Positions 18,842 to 27,256 of a stretch of 64,000 nucleotides of DNA are shown one piece after another. The position numbers and the translations under genes are program-made. The stretch is from Spirochaetota bacterium (GTDB taxonomy: Bacteria; Spirochaetota; JAHITG01; JAFGFC01): assembly GCA_016931325.1 (NCBI GenBank), contig JAFGFC010000051.1, forward strand, positions 12,639 to 76,638, given 5' to 3'. A model generated the notes under the pieces. The model was not told the DNA's origin, made no database searches, and saw only the letters and a list, made by a program, of their open reading frames with translations. Numbering within the stretch: the stretch's first letter is position 1; each line of letters opens with the position of its first letter.

Positions 18842-19451
18842 CCCAGCAGAAGCCGCCTATAATATAGGAAAGGTCAATACCCTTTAATGAGATCTGGTAA
18901 CGTTTCCACTTTTTACTTAAAGTGACAACCATCTCATCGGTACACCCGGAATCAGGATACGGTCCTCTGACACCACCCATGGTAAATCTGACCTCTTCTC
19001 CTCCCTGTTCCCCCCTGGCGTAGAAAACAAGTTTGGTGGCTCCCCTGAGGTCATATCCCTGATGGGGGATAAAGCCCCAGTTATTGGCCGGATTCAACCA
19101 GAAAACCCCGGCCCAGTGTTCTTCGTTCATCTCAGGATCAAAGACAGGGTCATAGACCACTTTAATGCAGCTGATCCCCTGGAAAGGTTTTTGTTTGCAG
19201 TTGCCCCAGAATCGTATGGTCAAATAATCTCCCATCCGGCCTGTCGGAAAATAGTGTACATTACCGATGGAGCCGTAGTTTTTATAGAGATAGAAGGGAA
19301 ATGTAACTTTTTTACCTTTCAGATTCAAGGGAATCTTATTCTCATAAGTTTTATTATTATTATCGCTGTAATCCGGGACATTATAATAAGTAAAAGAAAA
19401 TACCAGTCCCAGAGCCAGAATAATGTATAGTTTATTTCTTCTCGATATCAT
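18768..19451 (-). CDS. Secreted paralog-family protein A (unknown beta-sandwich or CBM-like family)
   Basis: Signal peptide present. Shares FYARGxxGxEVxF, LSKKWKRYxIxL, GGF and YLDEIYY motifs with 19461-20087, 20325-20984 and 32948-33595. Confidence 0.5.
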   Translation of the reverse strand: MISRRNKLYIILALGLVFSFTYYNVPDYSDNNNKTYENKIPLNLKGKKVTFPFYLYKNYGSIGNVHYFPTGRMGDYLTIRFWGNCKQKPFQGISCIKVVYDPVFDPEMNEEHWAGVFWLNPANNWGFIPHQGYDLRGATKLVFYARGEQGGEEVRFTMGGVRGPYPDSGCTDEMVVTLSKKWKRYQISLKGIDLSYIIGGFCWVVSYQNNSQGSVFYLDEIYYTDRE

Positions 19452-19460
19452 CTTATCCCT

Positions 19461-20087
19461 TTATCTCTCGATCTTTATCTCATCAATATAAATGGTGACC
19501 AATTCCTTGCGATACTGTTTATGGTCCATCCATCTCATGGCCAGAGAAAATCCAAGACTGATATGGGTTAGATCCTCTTTATCCAGGAGGATGGTATATT
19601 TTTTCCATTGTCGTGTTAATTTGACCGGCCCATAGAGGATCTCTGTAGAATCAGAGAACGTGCCGTAATTCCCGCCGAATTTAAAAATGACCACTTCATC
19701 TCCCTTCTTTCCCCTGGCATAAAAGGTCAGCTGTCGGGCCCCTGTAAGGTCCAGCCCGCCATCAATATTGCCCCAGTTATAGCTGGGGAAGGTCCAGTTG
19801 ATGCTGATCCAGTTAAATACCGATTGCCGCCTTGTGTTATATTCGAATTTCATGCAGTAATTCCCGGTTTTGGGTTTTTCCGTGCAGAACTGGTTATACT
19901 GAATGCAGAGAACATCACCGCCCCAGCAGGTGGGAGCATAAAATGAACGCTCCGTCCAGATATCACCATCCAGATAAATAACGACAGGATATTTTTGCGG
20001 TTTGTAGGCATAACCATAAAGACTGTTATTTATCAGGCCGACCATGAGAAAAAATATTATAAATACAGGACAGATGCTTCTTCTCAT
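19461..20087 (-). CDS. Secreted paralog-family protein B
   Basis: Signal peptide present. Motifs FYARGKKGDEVVIF, LTRQWKKYTILL and IYIDEI shared with paralogs A, C and D. Confidence 0.5.
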   Translation of the reverse strand: MRRSICPVFIIFFLMVGLINNSLYGYAYKPQKYPVVIYLDGDIWTERSFYAPTCWGGDVLCIQYNQFCTEKPKTGNYCMKFEYNTRRQSVFNWISINWTFPSYNWGNIDGGLDLTGARQLTFYARGKKGDEVVIFKFGGNYGTFSDSTEILYGPVKLTRQWKKYTILLDKEDLTHISLGFSLAMRWMDHKQYRKELVTIYIDEIKIER

Positions 20088-20324
20088 TTCCTTTTTCCCC
20101 AGTTCATTCTAATGTAACGGAAATAATCCAGTTCGTCAACATGAAATCATCAGCCATCCCCCGGAAATGAAGAGGGCCGGTTTGCTTTAGCAAATCCGAC
20201 CCTTTTGTTTTCTTGAGGATGCTTTAGAAGTTTTGGTTGATTTGGTTGATCCGGCAAGAATTATACTCAGTATATATATATTCCTTGCTCATCACACCTT
20301 TTTTAAAAGAACGATCCAAAACTT

Positions 20325-20984
20325 TTAATTTAATTCATTATAAGCGGTTCTCTGTGCAGAGAGACTGGTTGATTCTTCATTATTGGAATAATAGACATCA
20401 TCCACATAGAATGTGCAACCATCAGGATTATCCTTGGCATAAAGGACAAATCCAAAACCACCGGCTATATCCTTCAATTCCAAACAACTCAGGTCTATTT
20501 CATATTTTTTCCATTCTTTGGAAAGAACGATCTTTTTACTGGTCTTTGAATCCTTTGGGTTTTGCTGCCTTGTTCTGTTCATGCTGAATTCAACGACCTC
20601 ATTGCCATGCTTTCCCCTGGCATAGAAATATACTTTTTTAGCGGGAGTCAGATCATATCCGCCACGTATGGAGATCCAGTAATTATTGGGATTGGACTGA
20701 AAATACAGACCGGCCCATCCATCACCTTCACCGGCTGCGGTATAGGTGACTCTCAGAGCAGAAGAGCCGGAGCGGGTATTCTTATCCCATCTGTTGTCCA
20801 TTCGGATGTCCCGGATATCTCCCATCCAGCCGCTCGGAATGCCTCTATCCAATTTGCTTTCAGCATTGGAATAGATATAAAATGGGTAACGCAACACCTT
20901 GTAACTCATAAGAAAATCATCATCTTCAGCTAAAAGGATTGATCCCATTGACAAAACAATTAAAATAAGGAGTAGTCTTTTCAT
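20325..20984 (-). CDS. Secreted paralog-family protein C
   Basis: Start at MKRLLLIL with an AAGGAGG ribosome-binding site. Motifs PSGWMGD, YFYARGKHGNEVVEF, LSKEWKKYEIDL and FYVDDVYY. Closest to paralog D. Confidence 0.55.
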   Translation of the reverse strand: MKRLLLILIVLSMGSILLAEDDDFLMSYKVLRYPFYIYSNAESKLDRGIPSGWMGDIRDIRMDNRWDKNTRSGSSALRVTYTAAGEGDGWAGLYFQSNPNNYWISIRGGYDLTPAKKVYFYARGKHGNEVVEFSMNRTRQQNPKDSKTSKKIVLSKEWKKYEIDLSCLELKDIAGGFGFVLYAKDNPDGCTFYVDDVYYSNNEESTSLSAQRTAYNELN

Positions 20985-21043
20985 GATATTTACCTCCTTT
21001 CCCCTTTTCATTAGTAAGGACAATGGTCAGGGAAAAAAGTGCA

Positions 21044-21206
21044 AGAATTTTTTTTAATATTTGAGGATTCAGGCCGTGTGAAAATCAGCCCTCTGGAATT
21101 TCCAAGAGAAATTCCGAGGATAAAGTCCTGGAAATTTCTCTAGAAATTTCACAGGAAGATCTTCCAGGGAGATTCAAGGGGTCCAGGGTTCCTGGACCCC
21201 TTGAAT
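21044..21206. repeat. Structured intergenic repeat, family 1, copy 2; contains a perfect 16-bp-arm hairpin at 21172-21206
   Basis: Collinear sequence blocks with 447-578. attcaaggggtccagg-gtt-cctggaccccttgaat is a perfect inverted repeat. gaaatttct-ct-agaaatttc is also palindromic. Confidence 0.5.
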
Positions 21207-21339
21207 TCTTATTCGAAATAAAGATATCCGTGTTAATCCGCCATGGGGGCCTTTAGGCTCTGGTTACTCTTAAAAAACTTGACTTGGGGCCTTCGGGGCA
21301 ATATTTTAGAGTTTCAAGCCAAGGTATAGGGAGACAATC

Positions 21340-21765
21340 ATGGGTCATCATCATGAAAAGGAAACGGTGATACGGTTTGGTATCTCTATTGAAGAACATT
21401 TATTGGAATCATTCGACCGGTATTTGAAAAAAAAGCATTATAAGAACCGGTCAGAAGCCATAAGGGATCTGATCCGCGACAGGCTTTCTGACGCAAAGAA
21501 AGAATCAGGGGAAGAGAAGACGGTGGCCATTGTCTCGTACCTCTATAACCATCATATTCCCCAGCTAACGGAAAAGATCGTCCATATGCACCATCATTCT
21601 CACATCAAGATCTACTCCACACAGCATATTCATCTTTCCAGGGAATTGTGCCTTGAGATCACGATCGTGGAAGGGGAAATGGCCAGGGTGAAAGATTTCA
21701 GCAACAGGATACAGTCGCTAAAAGGGGTTCAGCATTTGACCGTCAATCACTACTTCTTGACCTAA
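21340..21765 (+). CDS. nikR: Nickel-responsive transcriptional regulator NikR
   Basis: N-terminal RHH (RFGISIEEHLLESFDRYLKKKHYKNRSEAIRDLIRDRL) and C-terminal His-rich metal-binding domain (HMHHHSH...), typical NikR architecture and length (141 aa). Confidence 0.85.
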   Translation: MGHHHEKETVIRFGISIEEHLLESFDRYLKKKHYKNRSEAIRDLIRDRLSDAKKESGEEKTVAIVSYLYNHHIPQLTEKIVHMHHHSHIKIYSTQHIHLSRELCLEITIVEGEMARVKDFSNRIQSLKGVQHLTVNHYFLT

Positions 21766-22286
21766 AATAGATTAGCTTCCTTGAGGATAAAATTGATCAT
21801 CAGATCAAAGTTTAATTTGTCTTTTTTAATCGGCTCGGGGAACGAGGGAAAGCAGGTGATCTTCTCCAGGGCCTTTTTAACTTCCCTATCCAAAATTTCA
21901 AATCCGGAGCTCTTTTTAATCCTGAAATTCAACAGCCTCCCGTCACAGGCCACTGTGAAATTGATAAGGGCTTTGCCCTCCAATTTTCTTTTCCTGGCCA
22001 TAAAAGGGTACTCGAGATTTTTGTATATCTCAGCTCTCAAAACCTCTCTGAAAGCGATAATGGAATTTTTCTCTGCGGATTGTTGCCCCACATCACTTTC
22101 ATCCTCCAGCCTGGTCCTGTCAGACACCTGATTGACAGGTGTAAGAATGACTTCCACGTACTCCGCTTCCTGGGCAGGGTCATGTTTTATTGAACCGGCT
22201 TTGAACAGACCGGGAATTAAAAGGAACACCGCGTGGACCAGCACAGAACAGATCAGACTAATATAAAATATCCGTTTTGTTTTCAT
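21762..22286 (-). CDS. tonB: TonB family energy transducer (C-terminal TonB domain)
   Basis: N-terminal transmembrane segment. C-terminal YPFMARKRKLEGKALINFTVACDGRLLNFRIKKSSGFEILDREVKKAL matches the TonB_C fold motif. Confidence 0.7.
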   Translation of the reverse strand: MKTKRIFYISLICSVLVHAVFLLIPGLFKAGSIKHDPAQEAEYVEVILTPVNQVSDRTRLEDESDVGQQSAEKNSIIAFREVLRAEIYKNLEYPFMARKRKLEGKALINFTVACDGRLLNFRIKKSSGFEILDREVKKALEKITCFPSFPEPIKKDKLNFDLMINFILKEANLF

Positions 22287-22289
22287 GGG

Positions 22290-22892
22290 TTATATTTTTC
22301 TCGCTTTAACCAGAAAATAACCGTTATTAACATACTTTTCAAGCAAAAATCCGGTTTTTTTCAATATGATGTCAAACCAGGATTTATCCGGAATATGATG
22401 CATTCTCATTTCAAAACCAAATTCTCTGTGCATTTTATTGATATGCTCTCTGTTCTGACTGTGTGATATCACAAGAAGACCTTTCTTCTTTAACAGATGA
22501 TATATATTCTTTAAAGTCCGGGTCTTGTTTTCAAAATGAGGAAAACAGTTAAAGCAGATCACCATATCAATTTTCTGTTCCAACTCCACATTTTCTATAT
22601 TGGCAAGAAGACATCGGGAATTAGAAATATGAACCATTTTGTTCTCGGCAAATTTTAGCATCTTTCCAGAGATATCGACCATCCATAAAAACCCGTCCAG
22701 TCCGATATGTTCAAGAATATAAGGAGAAAAATCCCCCTTGCCGCACCCCGCCTCAACAACTTTCATCCCTTTATCAAGCCCGAATTTTTTAACCAGGCCA
22801 CGTATCTTCTCCACTTCTTTTTTTTTATTGACCCAGTCATTCTGGTAGGTTTCAGCCACTGAATCAAAAATCTCTTTAATCGACCTTTGCAT
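22290..22892 (-). CDS. Class I SAM-dependent methyltransferase
   Basis: Motif I VVEAGCGKGDFSPYIL and methyltransferase-fold spacing. Embedded in the metal-uptake operon. Confidence 0.7.
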   Translation of the reverse strand: MQRSIKEIFDSVAETYQNDWVNKKKEVEKIRGLVKKFGLDKGMKVVEAGCGKGDFSPYILEHIGLDGFLWMVDISGKMLKFAENKMVHISNSRCLLANIENVELEQKIDMVICFNCFPHFENKTRTLKNIYHLLKKKGLLVISHSQNREHINKMHREFGFEMRMHHIPDKSWFDIILKKTGFLLEKYVNNGYFLVKARKI

Positions 22893-23682
22893 AAACTCTC
22901 CTTTTTGGTGAAATTAAATAAACGATCAATAAGATAAAAGAAAGGAAAATAGCCACCGTGGCGCTGACCGGCCAGTTGAAAGTAAAAGAAAATATCACGC
23001 CCCCGGCTCCCCCCAGCGAAGCAAAAAAGGAAGATAGAAAAATAAATTTTTTGATGTCATAGGTTATCTGATAGGCGATAGATGGCGGAATAATGATAAG
23101 ACTGAAAAGCAAAAGCCCGCCGATAATATTCAAATTCACCGTTATCACCGCGCCAACAAAAAAAAGTAAAACGTAAAAAAATAACCGGTCATTGATTCCC
23201 AGGGAAGCGGCGATCTCTCTGTTGAACAAGATCGCCACCAGCTCCTTGAAAAAGGCGGCTATAAACACGCCGAGGGCAAAAAGCAGAAAGATCAGGAAAA
23301 TGATATCCAGAGAATCCACCAGAAGGATGTTACCCCATAACAGATCTAGAATAACTCCTTTCTGTGGTAAAAGGCCCATTCCCAAAAATGCTATTCCCAG
23401 AACAAAAGAAAAAAGAATACTGATGGCGATATTGGGGCTGATCCTGCTTTTTTCTGACAGGGGAGGTATAAAAAGTGAGCTCAAAAGAGAAAATCCCAGG
23501 GCCATGACCCTGGATGGGAGCCCCAGGATCATACCCCATATCCCGCCCGCCATGGCCGAGTGTGACAAGGTTACACCTATAAACGGAATATTTAAAAGAA
23601 AAATAAAAACCCCTATGATCCCGCACTGTATTCCGGTTAATATAATAATGAATAAACTTTTATAAAGGATCGAATCAGTCAT
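22876..23682 (-). CDS. Metal ABC transporter permease (ABC-3 / ZnuB-TroCD-like)
   Basis: About 8 transmembrane helices, 268 aa. Pattern typical of ABC-3 permeases. Overlaps neighbours in operon fashion. Confidence 0.75.
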   Translation of the reverse strand: MTDSILYKSLFIIILTGIQCGIIGVFIFLLNIPFIGVTLSHSAMAGGIWGMILGLPSRVMALGFSLLSSLFIPPLSEKSRISPNIAISILFSFVLGIAFLGMGLLPQKGVILDLLWGNILLVDSLDIIFLIFLLFALGVFIAAFFKELVAILFNREIAASLGINDRLFFYVLLFFVGAVITVNLNIIGGLLLFSLIIIPPSIAYQITYDIKKFIFLSSFFASLGGAGGVIFSFTFNWPVSATVAIFLSFILLIVYLISPKRRVYAKVD

Positions 23683-24403
23683 AAATATAACTCAGGAAAT
23701 CTTTTTTTTCCCAGAGCTCCTTTTTTTGCCCCTGAAAAATGACATGGCCGTTCTTTAAAACAACGATCCTGTTGCTGAATTCCGAAATATGGGTTATCAG
23801 GTGGGTCACGAAAAGGACCGTGAGTCTGTGATCGATGTATATCTTTTCCACCATTTTCAAAAATTTTTTATAAGCCTGAATATCAAGATTGACGTTTGGT
23901 TCATCCAGAAAAAGTATCTCAGGTTTCTGGATCAGGACAAAAGCCAGCATCACCTTCTGCCGTTCTCCTCCGGATATCAGGCCAAAAGGTTTATTCAAAA
24001 GATGATGGATCTTGAACTCTTTTTCTACGGAGCGGATAATATCTCTGTCGTTTTTATCAATTCTTTTAAGTATCCCCTTGCCCGAACGACCCATGACAAG
24101 CACGTCCTTGACTAGAATGGGAAAATACGGATCCATATCCAGCCTCTGAGGCATATAGGCTATATTTTTTCTGATCGAACGTATCTTTGACTTTGTATTT
24201 TCCTGATTAACAAAAATCTCGCCCTGCCCGGCTTTATAAAAACCCAGAATTGTTTTCAAAAGGCTTGTCTTTCCTGACCCGTTCGGTCCCAGGATCGTAA
24301 TAAATTCTCCCTTTTTAACATCCAGATCAATATGATTCAATATGGCATGACCATGACCGGAAAGGCAAACATTTTTAACTCTTATCGCATATCCCTGAGC
24401 CAT
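23675..24403 (-). CDS. Metal ABC transporter ATP-binding protein (ZnuC/TroB-like)
   Basis: Walker A GPNGSGKTSLLK, signature LISGGERQ, Walker B ILFLDEP. Confidence 0.85.
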   Translation of the reverse strand: MAQGYAIRVKNVCLSGHGHAILNHIDLDVKKGEFITILGPNGSGKTSLLKTILGFYKAGQGEIFVNQENTKSKIRSIRKNIAYMPQRLDMDPYFPILVKDVLVMGRSGKGILKRIDKNDRDIIRSVEKEFKIHHLLNKPFGLISGGERQKVMLAFVLIQKPEILFLDEPNVNLDIQAYKKFLKMVEKIYIDHRLTVLFVTHLITHISEFSNRIVVLKNGHVIFQGQKKELWEKKDFLSYIYD

Positions 24404-24409
24404 ATTCGG

Positions 24410-25228
24410 TTATTCCTCCAGACCCTTCTTTAACTGTTCCAAATTGCCTGACCAGAGGTGAAGGAACATGGGATCCCTGGAAAAATCAGGAAAGTTGGCA
24501 AATATAATGATTTTTTTGTTTAGTCGTTTTTCAAAAACCAGGGCTGTGGGATGATGGTCCCCTGTTCTATTGCTGATGATATAATCTATCCCTTCTCTTT
24601 TTGAATCCCTTCTGATCTTTTCTATCTGCTTTAATCCTGAACTTTCCAGACCGGCAAAAGTGGCTATCACCTCCAGGCCCAGATACTCGCAGAATCCTTT
24701 TTGAAAGGCGCTGGCTATCACTTTGATACGTTTCTTCTTTATCCTCTCCAGGAAAGAACGTTCTTTTTCAACAGTCTGCTGAATGGTTTTAATCGTTTGT
24801 TCCCGGTTCGTCTTTATTTTCAGGCTATCATCCGGAAAATAACGGCTCAGGATCGTTTCCATCTCTTTTAACGCGCTGAAATAGTTCTCTGGCACTGTAA
24901 GATCAGGACTGGTAATGATATGAATCTTTATCAACGGATTGATCTTTTGTATTTTTGCCACCAAATATTTCTGAAAAGGATGGATCATTAAAAAAGCGGC
25001 CTTTCGGATGGAGAGGGCATCAGAGGGCTTTAGATCAAAATGTCCCGGACACTGGCCCGGCGGCACAAGATTCATGATAGCCAGATCCGGATCCAGATCC
25101 CTGACCAGTGATATGATCATGGTTGTACCGGCTAGAACGATCCTGCCTTGCGGCCGTTCTTTAGAACAGGATAAAATAAAGGCCAGCAAAAGGAACAGAG
25201 TTATATAATTTTTCATTGTTGTTCGCAC
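24410..25228 (-). CDS. Metal-binding periplasmic or lipoprotein substrate-binding protein (TroA/ZnuA cluster A-I)
   Basis: Lipobox-like LSCS. HFDLKPSD...A motif like the HxyxPSP/D motif of ZnuA/TroA substrate-binding proteins. Confidence 0.65.
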   Translation of the reverse strand: MRTTMKNYITLFLLLAFILSCSKERPQGRIVLAGTTMIISLVRDLDPDLAIMNLVPPGQCPGHFDLKPSDALSIRKAAFLMIHPFQKYLVAKIQKINPLIKIHIITSPDLTVPENYFSALKEMETILSRYFPDDSLKIKTNREQTIKTIQQTVEKERSFLERIKKKRIKVIASAFQKGFCEYLGLEVIATFAGLESSGLKQIEKIRRDSKREGIDYIISNRTGDHHPTALVFEKRLNKKIIIFANFPDFSRDPMFLHLWSGNLEQLKKGLEE

Positions 25229-25244
25229 AGGATGACCATCCGTT

Positions 25245-27113
25245 CTAAATATTTAACAGCACGCCTGTTTTCAAGATCAACCCCGGCGCCGGATAACCTG
25301 ATCTTACTAGATATTTTTCATTAAGGATATTTTCCGCATCCAGATAAAAATGCCATTCTGTATTGCTCATGGTTAGGTCATAGTTGACAGAAGAGTTGAG
25401 AACCATATAATCATCCAGTTTTTCTTTTTTTTCATCTGAATCATACCGGTCCCGGGCAAATTCTGCCTCCACTTTCATCGACAGAGGGGAAGTGATTTGA
25501 ATGATCGTATAGGCTTTGCCATTGAACAAGGCCAGGTGGGCTGTTTTTTTGCCTGGATCAAGATATCCCAAAAGCAAGCCGCTTTTTATCGCCGGGATCG
25601 GTTTGACCCAAGCCTCCAGTTCCAGGCCATTTATGATAATCTTGCCTGAATTTTCAAACGAGGGTGGAAAGGGAGGGGGGCCTACCTGCTGTATCAAATT
25701 TTTTCCTGTTATTTGATAATACGATAATTTGTAGAAAAATCGATTATGAATTTCCTTCAGGCCTGTTTCATACTGCCAGTAATCTTCCGGTTCCGTGACA
25801 TTATATTCAGGAGGGTTTATGATAGCCATGCATTCTCTGCCAAATTCAGGTGTCTTATATCCTCTCTGCGCATTGCCATAAAGATACTGATCAGCCCGGA
25901 TATTGACCTGGATCCCACCTGAAGGAATGATGATCTCATCCCATACGTTATTATAAGCGTACCGGATGCCTCCGGATAAAATTACAATATCCAGCTTTTG
26001 ATCCATCAAGGTGTACGCCGCGTAATCATTTTGAATTTTTTTCAATTCCTGATGACCGCCCGCCGGGTGATCATTATATACACCGCCAAACTGCTGCCAG
26101 TCAAATCCAATCTTTGTCTGATTCCCCTTGAATAATTGCACGGTTTCCATTATCCTGAGGCCATAGTCCTCGAAAATATTATTGCTGTCATTAAAAAATT
26201 TATTCAGCCCGGTATCAGCATACAGGATCACTTTGCCTCTTATATGGTCATACTCATGTTCAACCCTGAAATCAAAATCCCTCTGAATGGTTTTACCGGC
26301 AGCGTCATATCGACCCCAGTCAGCATTCGTGGGACCCGGGTTATAAAAGAGGATATCCGCGTAATCGACATTGGCCCGGACATACCAGTTGGCGTTGATC
26401 TCGTATCCTGCTCCCATATGATAATTCTGTTGATAGGAATCAGAATTTTCTCTGCCTCCCTCTGTGGACTTGTAGCCCACAGACAGGTTATAGTCAAAAG
26501 GTCCTGTCTTGAACCGATTGTTTATAAAATAATCCTGAGAGTTGTAACTGCCGTAAGCCAGGCCAATGGCTGTTCTTATACCGTCTTTTCTCATCCGCTT
26601 GGTTCTGATATCAATGACACCACCCACAGCCTGGTTCCCGTGTTCGACTCCTGAGGGTCCTTTTATCACCTGCACGCTTTCAACAGCATCCAAAGACAGC
26701 GTATCAAGCAGAGGATGCCGCCATATCCCCATGCTCTGCGGCCGGTCATCGACAAAGGTCAGCACCCCTGTATTGGGTATCTCCCCCAGGCCGCGGATCT
26801 TGAATACAGACGGATTCTTGGAACCGACCTGGAAACTGACCGGACCTGTCTTGTTAAAATAAATACCGGAAACATCTTTGGTAAGATCAATCACATTATG
26901 CCGGCTGTTATTTTCAATAGTCTGGGAACGAAAGGTCACAACGGATTGACTCGAACGGTTCAAATCAGAAACAGACTCATCTTTCACGACAGGAACAGTC
27001 TCTTTTTTAACCTTGATCTCGCCCAGGTCAATGGTTTCGGATCCTTTCTGAGCCTGGCCGAAGCCAATGAATCCGGCAAGGAATATAAATATTATTGATA
27101 GATGTTTCATCAA
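25245..27113 (-). CDS. TonB-dependent outer-membrane receptor
   Basis: Signal peptide present. Plug-domain motifs (VFKIRGLGEIPNTGVLTFVDDRPQ, GPSGVEHGNQAVGGVIDIRTK) and a long beta-barrel region. Confidence 0.8.
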   Translation of the reverse strand: MMKHLSIIFIFLAGFIGFGQAQKGSETIDLGEIKVKKETVPVVKDESVSDLNRSSQSVVTFRSQTIENNSRHNVIDLTKDVSGIYFNKTGPVSFQVGSKNPSVFKIRGLGEIPNTGVLTFVDDRPQSMGIWRHPLLDTLSLDAVESVQVIKGPSGVEHGNQAVGGVIDIRTKRMRKDGIRTAIGLAYGSYNSQDYFINNRFKTGPFDYNLSVGYKSTEGGRENSDSYQQNYHMGAGYEINANWYVRANVDYADILFYNPGPTNADWGRYDAAGKTIQRDFDFRVEHEYDHIRGKVILYADTGLNKFFNDSNNIFEDYGLRIMETVQLFKGNQTKIGFDWQQFGGVYNDHPAGGHQELKKIQNDYAAYTLMDQKLDIVILSGGIRYAYNNVWDEIIIPSGGIQVNIRADQYLYGNAQRGYKTPEFGRECMAIINPPEYNVTEPEDYWQYETGLKEIHNRFFYKLSYYQITGKNLIQQVGPPPFPPSFENSGKIIINGLELEAWVKPIPAIKSGLLLGYLDPGKKTAHLALFNGKAYTIIQITSPLSMKVEAEFARDRYDSDEKKEKLDDYMVLNSSVNYDLTMSNTEWHFYLDAENILNEKYLVRSGYPAPGLILKTGVLLNI

Positions 27114-27256
27114 TCATAGTCTCCCTTATTTCGTGTTACTTTTTTATAAAAAATATTACTTTATCAGGAAAAGTCAAGTTAAAAGTAATTTAAACAGTTA
27201 TAATATGGATCAATGAAATAAATTGAAGAATGGCAGACTGATTTTATCTTGAAAAC

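Noticed and set aside
20985-21060. Sigma-54 (-24/-12) promoter in the conserved leader, because of TTGCAC
   Set aside because: No GG at -24 with a TTGC/GC 10 bp downstream in either copy. Spacing to any TATAAT-like hexamer is about 22 nt, so no standard promoter model fits. Left as an unassigned cis element.
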